Source: an uncultured Ruminococcus sp. (lineage in GTDB: Bacteria > Bacillota > Clostridia > Oscillospirales > CAG-272). From it: 35,620 nt of DNA. Positions 8,425-16,344 of this stretch are shown here, in pieces. Positions within the stretch are counted from its first letter, which is position 1. The number at the start of each line of letters is the position of its first letter. Where the stretch lies: contig CADBQA010000073.1 in the NCBI GenBank assembly GCA_902796675.1, positions 1 to 35,620 of the forward strand. Reading direction: 5' to 3'. The notes beneath the pieces are model-generated. The model made no database searches. It was not told the DNA's origin and worked only from the letters and a program-made list of their open reading frames with translations. The translations under genes and the position numbers were made by a program.

Positions 8425-9621
8425 ATGATATCTATGAAGAAAAGTGTTTCAGTTGTAATGATCGTTCTGGCTGTCGTTATGACCCTGGCGCTCGGCGCGT
8501 CGCTGACGCTGAACATCGCCGCCATGGGAAAGGCGGATTCGTTGAAGAACGACGTCTTCGCGCTCTCGGAAAAAGTTTCATCCGTGTCCGGCGACGTCGT
8601 GGAACTCAAGGAAAATCTGACCGCCGAGGTCGCGCCGGACGAGGACGTCGCCGCCGAGGACGGTGTGACGATAGCCGGGCAGTACGAGATAGAATCGACC
8701 CGGGCGATATCGGACGCTTATATTTCCGGCGACAGAACGGGCCTTGACGACAGAGAGCTTGAAACCCTCGATATGGCGTCTTCCGTACTCGATACGATCA
8801 TCGAGGACGGAATGACTGATTATGAAAAGGAGATGGCGGTTTACGTCTGGATGACCCATAACCTCCGGAACGACGGCGGCATCCTTCCCGTCATCCCGAC
8901 GAGCAGGACCGACTCAGACAACCCCTACGGAGTTCTGAAATATCGCAGCGCCGTCTGCGTAGGTTACGCGACGACCTTCCGCCTCTTTATGCAGATGTGC
9001 GATATAGAGTGCATGGTCGTTCACAACACGGAAAGATACCACACATGGGATCTCGTAAAGCTCGGGGACGGGTGGTATCACACGGACGTTTACGCTGACG
9101 TTGGCAGCGGCTCGTTCTCTCATTTCAACATGACCGATATTATGGTCGAAGGGCAGGGCTGGAACACCGATTTCTTCCCGGCGGCCGACAAGTACGAATA
9201 CTGCTACGCATATATCAATTCGGTCGAATGTGAAGACGTTTTCGCTTTTCCGTCGATGCTCAGAGAGTGCCTTGACAAAAAGGCGCCGTCTTTGTATCTG
9301 AGACTCAGCGTCGCGCTTTACGGAGGACCTGAGGCAAGCCTGCTTTCGGGTATGATGTCGGAGATAGAGAGCAGAGCGGCGACTTCCGCCGAGCTCTCCG
9401 GCGTTTCGTTCTACTATTCGTTCGTGCCGGCCGACGTGGGATTCATATTTGCCGTCACCGTTCAGTATCCGGATGACGGGCCGATCATTCCGTCGGGCGA
9501 GCTCACCGAGGAGGAATACGAAAAAATGTACGAGGCTGTCGACGGGTCGTTCGGCGATCTGACGTGGGACGACGGCGGATATACGGAAAACGGCTTCGGT
9601 TGGGACGGTGACGCGGAATGA
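8425..9621 (+). CDS. Membrane-anchored transglutaminase-like cysteine protease domain protein
   Basis: N-terminal TM or signal segment (VSVVMIVLAVVMTLALGA). Transglutaminase core Cys-His-Asp pattern: RSAVCVGYATTF ... YHTWDLVKLGDGWYHTDV. Confidence 0.85.
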   Translation: MISMKKSVSVVMIVLAVVMTLALGASLTLNIAAMGKADSLKNDVFALSEKVSSVSGDVVELKENLTAEVAPDEDVAAEDGVTIAGQYEIESTRAISDAYISGDRTGLDDRELETLDMASSVLDTIIEDGMTDYEKEMAVYVWMTHNLRNDGGILPVIPTSRTDSDNPYGVLKYRSAVCVGYATTFRLFMQMCDIECMVVHNTERYHTWDLVKLGDGWYHTDVYADVGSGSFSHFNMTDIMVEGQGWNTDFFPAADKYEYCYAYINSVECEDVFAFPSMLRECLDKKAPSLYLRLSVALYGGPEASLLSGMMSEIESRAATSAELSGVSFYYSFVPADVGFIFAVTVQYPDDGPIIPSGELTEEEYEKMYEAVDGSFGDLTWDDGGYTENGFGWDGDAE

Positions 9622-10106
9622 AAAAGGTTTTGACGGCGTTTCTCGTGTGCCTGCTCACGCTGTCCGTCTTTTCGTGCGGCGAGACGGCGCAGACGGCCGA
9701 AGACGTCAGCCTGTACGAGTTGTCAAAATCCATGCTGTCGGCGGACGAATTTCCCGAGATGGTCACCGTCTCTTCGTCCGACAAGGACGCGAAGGATAAT
9801 TTTCTCTTCCTCTCCGACGTCGACTACGATCTGACGGACGGCTATTTCCTGTCGTACGCTAAGGAGGGCTCCGCATACGAGCTCGCCGTGATAAAGGTCG
9901 CGGATGAGGGCAGCGCGGGAGAGGTCGAGGACTCCCTCGCAAGGCACGTCGCAGGAAGAGTGAATCTTTATAAGAACTACTCCCCGTCCGATCTTCCGCT
10001 CGCAAAGAGCGCCGAGATCGGCTCCGTCGGAAAATACTGCTACCTCATAATGTGCCGCGACACCGCCGCGGTCAGGACGGCGATGCTCGACATGATAAAA
10101 GGATAA
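9618..10106 (+). CDS. Lipoprotein, DUF4358-like
   Basis: MKKVLTAFLVCLLTLSVFSCG is a signal peptide plus lipobox. The start overlaps the previous stop (ATGA). The DUF4358 family call is from memory only. Confidence 0.75.
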   Translation: MKKVLTAFLVCLLTLSVFSCGETAQTAEDVSLYELSKSMLSADEFPEMVTVSSSDKDAKDNFLFLSDVDYDLTDGYFLSYAKEGSAYELAVIKVADEGSAGEVEDSLARHVAGRVNLYKNYSPSDLPLAKSAEIGSVGKYCYLIMCRDTAAVRTAMLDMIKG

Positions 10107-10160
10107 AAAAGACAACCGCCGAATATCGTGAGATATTCGGCGGTTGTCTTTTTGTTTTTT
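10107..10160. terminator. Bidirectional rho-independent terminator
   Basis: AAAAGACAACCGCCGAATATC / GATATTCGGCGGTTGTCTTTT, a stem of about 20 bp. It has an A-tract on one side and a T-tract on the other, between convergent genes. Confidence 0.85.
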
Positions 10161-10171
10161 CTACCTATAAA

Positions 10172-10234
10172 GTAGGGATCGATGCCCACATCGATCCGCA
10201 AAAACCGTAGGGATCGATGCCCACATCGATCCGC
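10172..10234. repeat. Two tandem REP-like hairpin repeats (35-nt period)
   Basis: GTAGGGATCGATGCCCACATCGATCCGC at 10172-10199 and 10207-10234. The 9-bp stem is GGATCGATG/CATCGATCC with loop CCCA. Confidence 0.9.
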
Positions 10235-10249
10235 CGACAATATAATCAA

Positions 10250-10783
10250 TCACAGATCTTTATGATACGGATCATACGCCCATTTGACCGGGTTCTCTTG
10301 GATGTATCTCACCCTGATCATGTAATCATTATAATCTCTTATAATGTGATCGTAGAAGCTTGATTGGAAAATGCTTTTTCCGATCTCCTTTGAAACCAAT
10401 ATCTTATATGAACGGATTGCATTTGAAATATTCTGATTGTTGCTGTCATTGTTCAGAATAATAATTAGATGAATATGGTTAGGCATTATTACATAGCAAT
10501 CAACGCATTTCATTGATAGTATGTACTTTTCCGCAATTTTGCCGATTTGGGTTAATTCGACTCGCGGACCGATGTGGGCATCGGTCCCTACGGTTTTTCG
10601 CGGATCGATGTGGGCATCGATCCCTACGGTTTTTTGCGGACCGATGTGGGCATCGGTCCCTACGGGAATGTGCGACAGAATACATTCGCGATCTTTAGTA
10701 CAAATCGTAATAAAGTATGCGCCGTCATTTGAGTAATCGTATTCTTTCAACCGAAGCCTTTTTCTTTCGGGTAATGATTCCAT
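10250..10783 (-). CDS. REP-associated tyrosine transposase-like (RAYT; IS200/IS605-type Y1 HUH) protein
   Basis: YFITICTKDRE beta-strand, HUH motif MPNHIHLII, and the catalytic-Tyr region SFYDHIIRD...YIQENPVKW. A spot count gives about 28% GC against about 57% in the flanks. Hairpin repeats lie inside and just downstream. Confidence 0.85.
   Translation of the reverse strand: MESLPERKRLRLKEYDYSNDGAYFITICTKDRECILSHIPVGTDAHIGPQKTVGIDAHIDPRKTVGTDAHIGPRVELTQIGKIAEKYILSMKCVDCYVIMPNHIHLIIILNNDSNNQNISNAIRSYKILVSKEIGKSIFQSSFYDHIIRDYNDYMIRVRYIQENPVKWAYDPYHKDL
10564..10663. repeat. Three tandem REP-like hairpin repeats inside the RAYT coding sequence (36-nt period)
   Basis: GCGGA(C/T)CGATGTGGGCATCG(G/A)TCCCTAC at 10564-10591, 10600-10627 and 10636-10663. 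This is the reverse complement of the external copies. It is read in-frame as VGTDAHIGPQKT / VGIDAHIDPRKT / VGTDAHIGPR. Confidence 0.9.
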
Positions 10784-10784
10784 A

Positions 10785-11663
10785 TTATCTTTTGAAGATC
10801 GAAAAGATATCGAAAAGGATATCGCGGCAGGCGCCGGCGGGGTCCCTTCGCGGGTTATACTCGACGACGTCGAGCGAGACGACGGGCACGTCGTCCCAAA
10901 CCGCGCCGAGCGCGTATACCACGTCGGAAAGCGGCAGACTGTCCTTCAGCGCGTACCCGGTCGCCGGAAATTCGTCGCCGCGTATCGAGTCGACGTCGAA
11001 GGAGAGGTGGACGTGCATTCCCTCCGTTGCCCGTATGACCTCGTTTATAACTTCGTCAATACCGCGGCGCTTTACTTCATCCGCGGTGTAGAGGTGAACG
11101 CCCTGTTCTTCGATTATTCCCCATTCGCCCTCGTCGATGCTGTGAGCGCCCACGATGTAGGTGTTCTTGCCGTAAAGGTTTACGCGGCGCTTCCCGACGG
11201 TAAGACGCTCGGTGCAAAGACCCATCGCGGCGGCGAGGGGCATACCGTGTATCATACCGGAGGGCGACGTCGCCTCCGTGTTGATGTCGGCGTGAGCGTC
11301 GATATATATGACCGCGACGCCGTCCGCGCCGTATTTTTCGGATACCGCCGCGACGGACGACATAGCGAGCGAATGGTCGCCGCCGAGAGTCAGGGGTATA
11401 TAACCGTCCGAGAGCGCCTTCGCCGTGCGTCGGTAGTTTTCCCGGCATACCGTCATCACGGTCTCAAGGTGGCGAAGTCTTTCGTCGTGCAGCGTCTCTT
11501 TCGCCGACCTCTCACCGTCGTAAGGCGAGAAGACCGCGGCGTCGCCCATAACGCCCGGAAGACCGTCCGAGACGAGAGCGGAATACGCGTCCTCCGTTCC
11601 CCTTGTCGGGGAACCGACGCTGACGGGCGCTTCGAGTATCAGAAGTTTTTTACCGTTTCTCAT
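10785..11663 (-). CDS. Arginase-family ureohydrolase (arginase-like)
   Basis: Mn-binding motifs GGDHSLA, IYIDAHADINT and SFDVDS, plus SGMIHGMPLAAAMG, which is typical of arginases. Confidence 0.85.
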   Translation of the reverse strand: MRNGKKLLILEAPVSVGSPTRGTEDAYSALVSDGLPGVMGDAAVFSPYDGERSAKETLHDERLRHLETVMTVCRENYRRTAKALSDGYIPLTLGGDHSLAMSSVAAVSEKYGADGVAVIYIDAHADINTEATSPSGMIHGMPLAAAMGLCTERLTVGKRRVNLYGKNTYIVGAHSIDEGEWGIIEEQGVHLYTADEVKRRGIDEVINEVIRATEGMHVHLSFDVDSIRGDEFPATGYALKDSLPLSDVVYALGAVWDDVPVVSLDVVEYNPRRDPAGACRDILFDIFSIFKR

Positions 11664-11672
11664 GATACGTCC

Positions 11673-12908
11673 TTATTTTTTGTCTTTATCAAAGAAATAC
11701 CTTTTGAAATTATTTTTCTGTCCGATGTAGTACCTTTTGATCCAAAGAAAGCGTCGAAGTGACGGCTCGGCGGGGCGGTCGAGAGTGCGGTAATACTTTT
11801 TCTCCTTAACAAGCCGCTTCGCCTCGGCGCGAAGCGCCCCGTCACTGACGTATTTCTTTACGACGGATCTCGGCACGTTGAGCCAGAGCGATTCGCCGTC
11901 GGCGAAAACGCAATCGCACCTCTTGCCGAACACCGCGTCGTCTGTCATCACCTTCATCATATTTATACCCGCGCCGCGGACGAAGTAACTGCTTCTTCCG
12001 AGGCGGGGATTTATCTCGAACATAACGCATCGCCCGTTTTTGCGGTCGTACTTCATATCTATATTCGAGAAACCCACGTAGCCGATATCCTCAAGGAATT
12101 TTTTGACCTTTCCGTAAATCTCGGCGTCGTGACGCGAGATTATCGCGGCGTAGTTGCCGAGGGTCTTCGGCGCGTACTCCTCGAGCACGGGCTGACCGAG
12201 CGCCATCGCGCGGACCTTTCCGTCAGCGTCGGAGTAGGAGTTGACGACTCTCATCGCGTCGTCGCCGCCCTCGATGAATTCCTGGATTATGATCTTTCCC
12301 TTGTAGTCGGAGTGGTTCATGCTCTCCATTACGCGAAGGTACTCCTCGCGGTCGTTGAAGAAGAACACCTTTTTCTTGCCCTCGAATTTTGCGTGGAGAT
12401 ATTCGACGGCGTTCGAGTTTTCCGGTTTCACGACGATGGGAAAATCAAAGGGGAGATCCTCGACGGCGGAGATCCTCCCGTCCGGCTCCGCAACGACGGT
12501 CTTCGGATAGTCCATTCCGTGCTTTTCGCAAAGGGCGTAGAACTTGTCCTTCGTGTCGAGCGCGTCGAGAAGCTCGGGGGATATGAAGCGGTTGGCGATA
12601 AGCCCCTCGAACTCCTTCGCGTGGCGCGAAACCATCGCGGCGTAGTAGTCCGAACACGGTACGACGACGAGAGCGTCGTACTTCGGCGAAAATTCTTCAA
12701 GTATCTTTTTCATCTCCGGCGCGAAGACTTCGTCGAGGTCAAAGCCCTCGACGCGGCGCAGAGTGAAGAGGCGGCTGTAAAGGGTCGGGATAAGCTGCCT
12801 CGTGCAGACGAGAAGCGGCTTTACGCCGTACGCGTCGTAAAAAAGACGCGCGGTGCCGTAAGCGTTCTCGTCGGAGCCGAGTATGATTGGAAGAAACGTT
12901 TTGCTCAT
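11673..12908 (-). CDS. ATP-grasp carboxylate-amine ligase, D-aspartate-ligase-like (COG3919 type)
   Basis: PIILGSDENAYGTARLFYDAYG N-terminus, FPIVVKPENS, and FEINPRLGRSSYFV. The pattern resembles the enterococcal and lactococcal peptidoglycan D-Asp ligases, as recalled from memory. Confidence 0.75.
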   Translation of the reverse strand: MSKTFLPIILGSDENAYGTARLFYDAYGVKPLLVCTRQLIPTLYSRLFTLRRVEGFDLDEVFAPEMKKILEEFSPKYDALVVVPCSDYYAAMVSRHAKEFEGLIANRFISPELLDALDTKDKFYALCEKHGMDYPKTVVAEPDGRISAVEDLPFDFPIVVKPENSNAVEYLHAKFEGKKKVFFFNDREEYLRVMESMNHSDYKGKIIIQEFIEGGDDAMRVVNSYSDADGKVRAMALGQPVLEEYAPKTLGNYAAIISRHDAEIYGKVKKFLEDIGYVGFSNIDMKYDRKNGRCVMFEINPRLGRSSYFVRGAGINMMKVMTDDAVFGKRCDCVFADGESLWLNVPRSVVKKYVSDGALRAEAKRLVKEKKYYRTLDRPAEPSLRRFLWIKRYYIGQKNNFKRYFFDKDKK

Positions 12909-12918
12909 ATGACGCCTC

Positions 12919-14757
12919 TTATCTTATAACGAAGTACTGCTCGTACCAGAGCAGGAAGGAATATACGGTGTAAATAGCCCTCGCGTTGTTCTTTTCTCCC
13001 GAGACGTGCTCGTCGAGAAGACGGAGAAGTTCGTCGCGGCGGAAAAATTTTTCCGTATAGTCTCGCTCGAAGACCTCGCGGACGCGCGACGAGTATTTTT
13101 CATCGCGGAGCCATACGCGGAAGGGTACCATGAAGCCGGCTTTTTTGCGGTGCGCCCAGCCGTCGGGTATCGCGCTCCTCGCCGCCTCGCGGAAGGCGCG
13201 CTTCGTGTGACGTCCCTTCATCTTTTGCGCCGACGTCAGCGTGCGGGCGAGCGCCCAGACCTCGCGGTCGAGGTACGGCACGCGAAGCTCGAGAGAGTGA
13301 GCCATCGTCATCTTGTCCGCCTTGAGAAGGATGTCGTAAGGAAGCCACAGATTCATATCGAGGTAGAGCTTCTTCGTTAAGTCGTCGCAGCCCTTCACCT
13401 CGTCGTAGTACGGACGGGTGACGTCGCGGTACGAGAGGGAACTTCTGTATTCGTCGGAGAGGATAGCGTTTGCCTCATCGTCCCCCATTATGAACGCCTG
13501 ACCTATATATGTATCCTCGACGCGCTCGGCGTTCGACGTGAAAAACTTCCGGATATGACGCTGCGGGATCTTTCCGAGAGTCTTGGCGAAGAATTTGCGA
13601 AGCCCCATCGGGAGCTTCTTGTAGAACTTCGACGCGCCGCTCTGGATGTACCAGTCGTACCCGCCGAAGAATTCGTCCGCGCCCTCGCCGCTGAGCACGA
13701 CCTTGACGTCGCGCCGCGCAAGCTCGGAAAGGTAGTAAAGAGGAACCGCGGAGAGATTCGCGTGAGGCTCGTCCGAGTGGTACTGGACCGCGGGCAGCGC
13801 CTCGAAGAATTCGTCCGGCGTTATCTCCTTCATCTCGTTGTTGATGCCGAGAATGCGGCAGAGCTCCGAGGCGTAGCCGGTCTCGTCAAAGCCCTCGACC
13901 TTGAAGCCGACGGAGTAAGTGTGTACGGGCTTCGCGTCGGAGACGATGTAGCTCGAGTCGACGCCGCCGGAGAGAAACGCGCCCACCTCGACGTCGGCGA
14001 TCTCATGATACTTCACGGATTCCGCGACAGTCTCTTCAATGAGCTTCACCGCGTTGTCGAACGAGCGGCTCTTCGGGTCGTAGGTCGGCTTGAAGTATTC
14101 GAACTCCTCGAATTTCCCGTTTTCGTATTTGAAATAGTGACCCGGCGTCAGCTTGTACACGCCCTTGAAGATCGACTCCTTGAGAGGGGAGTACTGAAAT
14201 TCGAGGTACATCTTCAGCGCGTCGGGGTTGACCTCTTTTTTGAACTTCGGGTGATGGAGAAAGCTCTTTATCTCAGAGCCGAAAAGAAGCGCGCCGTCGA
14301 ACTCTCCGTAGTAGAAGGGCTTTATTCCGAAGTAGTCTCTCGCGCCGTAGAGAGAGTTTTTCTCCCTGTCGTAAATCACGAAAGCGAACATACCGCGGAG
14401 GCGCGACGCCGTGCGCTCGCCGTATACCGTGTACGCGCGGATTATCGACTCCGTGTCCGAATTCGTTCTGAACTTTATTCCGTGTTTTTCCTCAAGCTCC
14501 GCCCTTAGCTCGCGGTGGTTGTAGATCTCGCCGTTGAAGACGATGACGTACCGTCCGTCCTCCGTGACGATGGGCTGGTCGCCGCCCGCGAGGTCGATGA
14601 TGCTGAGCCTCCTGAAGCCGAGGGAGACCGCGCCGTCCTCGTAAGAGCCCGCGCTGTCGGGACCTCTGTGGGCTATCGCCTCGCTCATCTCCTCAAGGAC
14701 CGCGGTTCGGTCGTAAGCGACGGCATCCGTATCAAAAAATCCTGCAAATCCGCACAT
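12919..14757 (-). CDS. asnB: Asparagine synthase (glutamine-hydrolysing) family amidotransferase
   Basis: N-terminal MCGF nucleophile Cys2 and PP-loop motif FLSGGVDSS. 612 aa. Confidence 0.92.
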   Translation of the reverse strand: MCGFAGFFDTDAVAYDRTAVLEEMSEAIAHRGPDSAGSYEDGAVSLGFRRLSIIDLAGGDQPIVTEDGRYVIVFNGEIYNHRELRAELEEKHGIKFRTNSDTESIIRAYTVYGERTASRLRGMFAFVIYDREKNSLYGARDYFGIKPFYYGEFDGALLFGSEIKSFLHHPKFKKEVNPDALKMYLEFQYSPLKESIFKGVYKLTPGHYFKYENGKFEEFEYFKPTYDPKSRSFDNAVKLIEETVAESVKYHEIADVEVGAFLSGGVDSSYIVSDAKPVHTYSVGFKVEGFDETGYASELCRILGINNEMKEITPDEFFEALPAVQYHSDEPHANLSAVPLYYLSELARRDVKVVLSGEGADEFFGGYDWYIQSGASKFYKKLPMGLRKFFAKTLGKIPQRHIRKFFTSNAERVEDTYIGQAFIMGDDEANAILSDEYRSSLSYRDVTRPYYDEVKGCDDLTKKLYLDMNLWLPYDILLKADKMTMAHSLELRVPYLDREVWALARTLTSAQKMKGRHTKRAFREAARSAIPDGWAHRKKAGFMVPFRVWLRDEKYSSRVREVFERDYTEKFFRRDELLRLLDEHVSGEKNNARAIYTVYSFLLWYEQYFVIR

Positions 14758-14772
14758 AGATAATATCTCCTG

Positions 14773-16281
14773 TCAGTTTACCGCGAGGACGGCGCGGTCG
14801 TATTCTTCAAGCGTCCGTTTCGTGTATTCGACGTCGGAGGGACAGTCGACGTAGAGAGTCCCGCGCTTCTGCCTCGTTTCCTCGCCCTTGCCCGTGATGA
14901 GCACGACGCGCGGCTCGTCCGTTATTTCCGTCAGCGCGCGTCTTATCGCCTCGCCCCTGTCCTCGATTATAGCGAAATCGCATTTTTCGATGTTCGCGGC
15001 GACGTCGCGGGCGATGTTATCGAAGGGCTCCTCGCCGGAATCCTCTTCGGTGATGATTATATAGTCGCAGTTCTCGTCCGCGGCGGCTGCGAGGTCGTGG
15101 CGTCGAAGATACGCCTTCCCACCCGGGCAGCCGAAGACGGAAATTATCTTTCTTCCGGGGTACTCGACCTTGACGGAATCGTAGAGCGCCTTGAAGCTCA
15201 TCTCGTTGTGAGCGTAGTCGACGATGGCGACGGCGCGTCCGTCCGCGCTCTTGTAGGTCTGCATCCTGCCTCCCGCTCTCGCGCGGAGAAGTCCGCTCCT
15301 CACGTACTTTTCGGGCACGCCGAGGACGTGGCTCATGGCGATGGCGGCGAGCGCGTTCGATACGTTGAAGATGCCCGGCATCGTTATCTCAAGTTCTCCC
15401 TCGAAGTCGGGAGTCCTGACGTCGAAAAGAATACCGCCGTCCACGGTCTCGATCCTCCTGCAGTATACGTCGTCCGTCTCGTGAGAGCCGAAGGTCACGA
15501 CGCGGCACTTGCCGTCGGCGTAGGAAAATATCCTGTCCGCAAAATCGGAGTCGGTGTTGACGCAGGCGACGCGGCAGGAGTCGAATATTTTGAGCTTCGA
15601 TGAGAAATAGTCTTCAAAATCGCTGTGCTCGGCGGGGCTGATGTGGTCGACGCCGATATTCATAAAGCAGGCGACGTCGAACTTGATCCCCGCGGTACGC
15701 CCGTATTTCAGCGCCTGGCTCGAGACCTCCATCACGAGGTGCGAGATGCCGGACGCCTCGGCGTTGGCAAAGTGACGGTAGACCTCGACGACCTCCGGGG
15801 TCGTGAGGTGAGATTCGAATTTTTCGACGCCGTCGTAGGTGTCGATCGACGAGATGACGGCGACGTCGGGTCGCCCCTCGTCCCTCATCATATCGTCAAG
15901 TATCGCGCGAAGATAGTACGCCGCCGTGCTCTTGCCCTTCGTGCCGGTGATGCCGACCGACGTGACGCGGCGCGGCGCGTCGTTGAAAAAGAGCCTTGAC
16001 AGCGTCGCCATGGCGCGTCTTACGTCCGTCACGGTGATAAAGGGTGCCGACGTTTCGTATCTTTTCTCACCGACGAGAGCCGCCGCTCCGGCGTTTGCCG
16101 CATCATCTGCGTACTCCGGCTTGAAATGTACGCCCTTGCAAATAAAGATCGCGCCGGGGACCATCTCTCTCGTGTCGTAGGTCAGCCCGTCGATCAGCTT
16201 GTCATCAAATCCGTCCGCGTCGACGAGAAGCCCGTCGCGGGAGAGCGCCTCGGTATATTCCGATAATTTGTGTTTTTCCAT
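14773..16281 (-). CDS. murE: MurE-type UDP-MurNAc-L-Ala-D-Glu:diamino-acid ligase (Lys-type lineage)
   Basis: P-loop GITGTKGKSTAAYY, HLVMEVSSQAL, and VDYAHN. The N-terminal domain LTYDTREMVPGAIFICKG matches MurE. The usual DNPR / D(D/N)P(N/A) specificity motif position reads EEDSGEE. Confidence 0.85.
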   Translation of the reverse strand: MEKHKLSEYTEALSRDGLLVDADGFDDKLIDGLTYDTREMVPGAIFICKGVHFKPEYADDAANAGAAALVGEKRYETSAPFITVTDVRRAMATLSRLFFNDAPRRVTSVGITGTKGKSTAAYYLRAILDDMMRDEGRPDVAVISSIDTYDGVEKFESHLTTPEVVEVYRHFANAEASGISHLVMEVSSQALKYGRTAGIKFDVACFMNIGVDHISPAEHSDFEDYFSSKLKIFDSCRVACVNTDSDFADRIFSYADGKCRVVTFGSHETDDVYCRRIETVDGGILFDVRTPDFEGELEITMPGIFNVSNALAAIAMSHVLGVPEKYVRSGLLRARAGGRMQTYKSADGRAVAIVDYAHNEMSFKALYDSVKVEYPGRKIISVFGCPGGKAYLRRHDLAAAADENCDYIIITEEDSGEEPFDNIARDVAANIEKCDFAIIEDRGEAIRRALTEITDEPRVVLITGKGEETRQKRGTLYVDCPSDVEYTKRTLEEYDRAVLAVN

Positions 16282-16315
16282 ATCTTAAACCCGATTGGTA
16301 TATATTTATCATATT

Positions 16316-16344
16316 ATTTTATCATATATGTTGCAGTTTTGCAA
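16316..16344 (-). promoter_or_regulatory. SigA-type promoter with extended -10, for the murE operon
   Basis: On the minus strand: TTGCAA (16344-16339), 17-nt spacer, TGaTAAAAT (-10 at 16321-16316). Lies about 35 nt upstream of the murE ATG. Confidence 0.55.

Noticed and set aside
10165-10670. Possible CRISPR array, given the identical 28-nt palindromic repeats
   Set aside because: There are only 2 plus 3 copies, with 7-8-nt gaps rather than 30-40-nt spacers. There are no cas genes, and three copies lie in-frame within a transposase ORF. This is REP-like, not CRISPR.
10040-10736. Short ORFs (10040..10249, 10500..10685, 10513..10698, 10521..10736) with repetitive DRCGHRSLRF / MWASVPTV peptides
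   Set aside because: These are alternative-frame or alternative-strand readings of the REP repeats. They overlap the terminator or the RAYT gene.
12129-14763. Plus-strand ORFs (12129..12929, 13555..14508, 14515..14763, etc.) opposite the ATP-grasp and asnB genes
   Set aside because: They are antisense frames in high-GC coding DNA. The minus-strand genes carry PP-loop, Ntn-Cys and ATP-grasp motifs.
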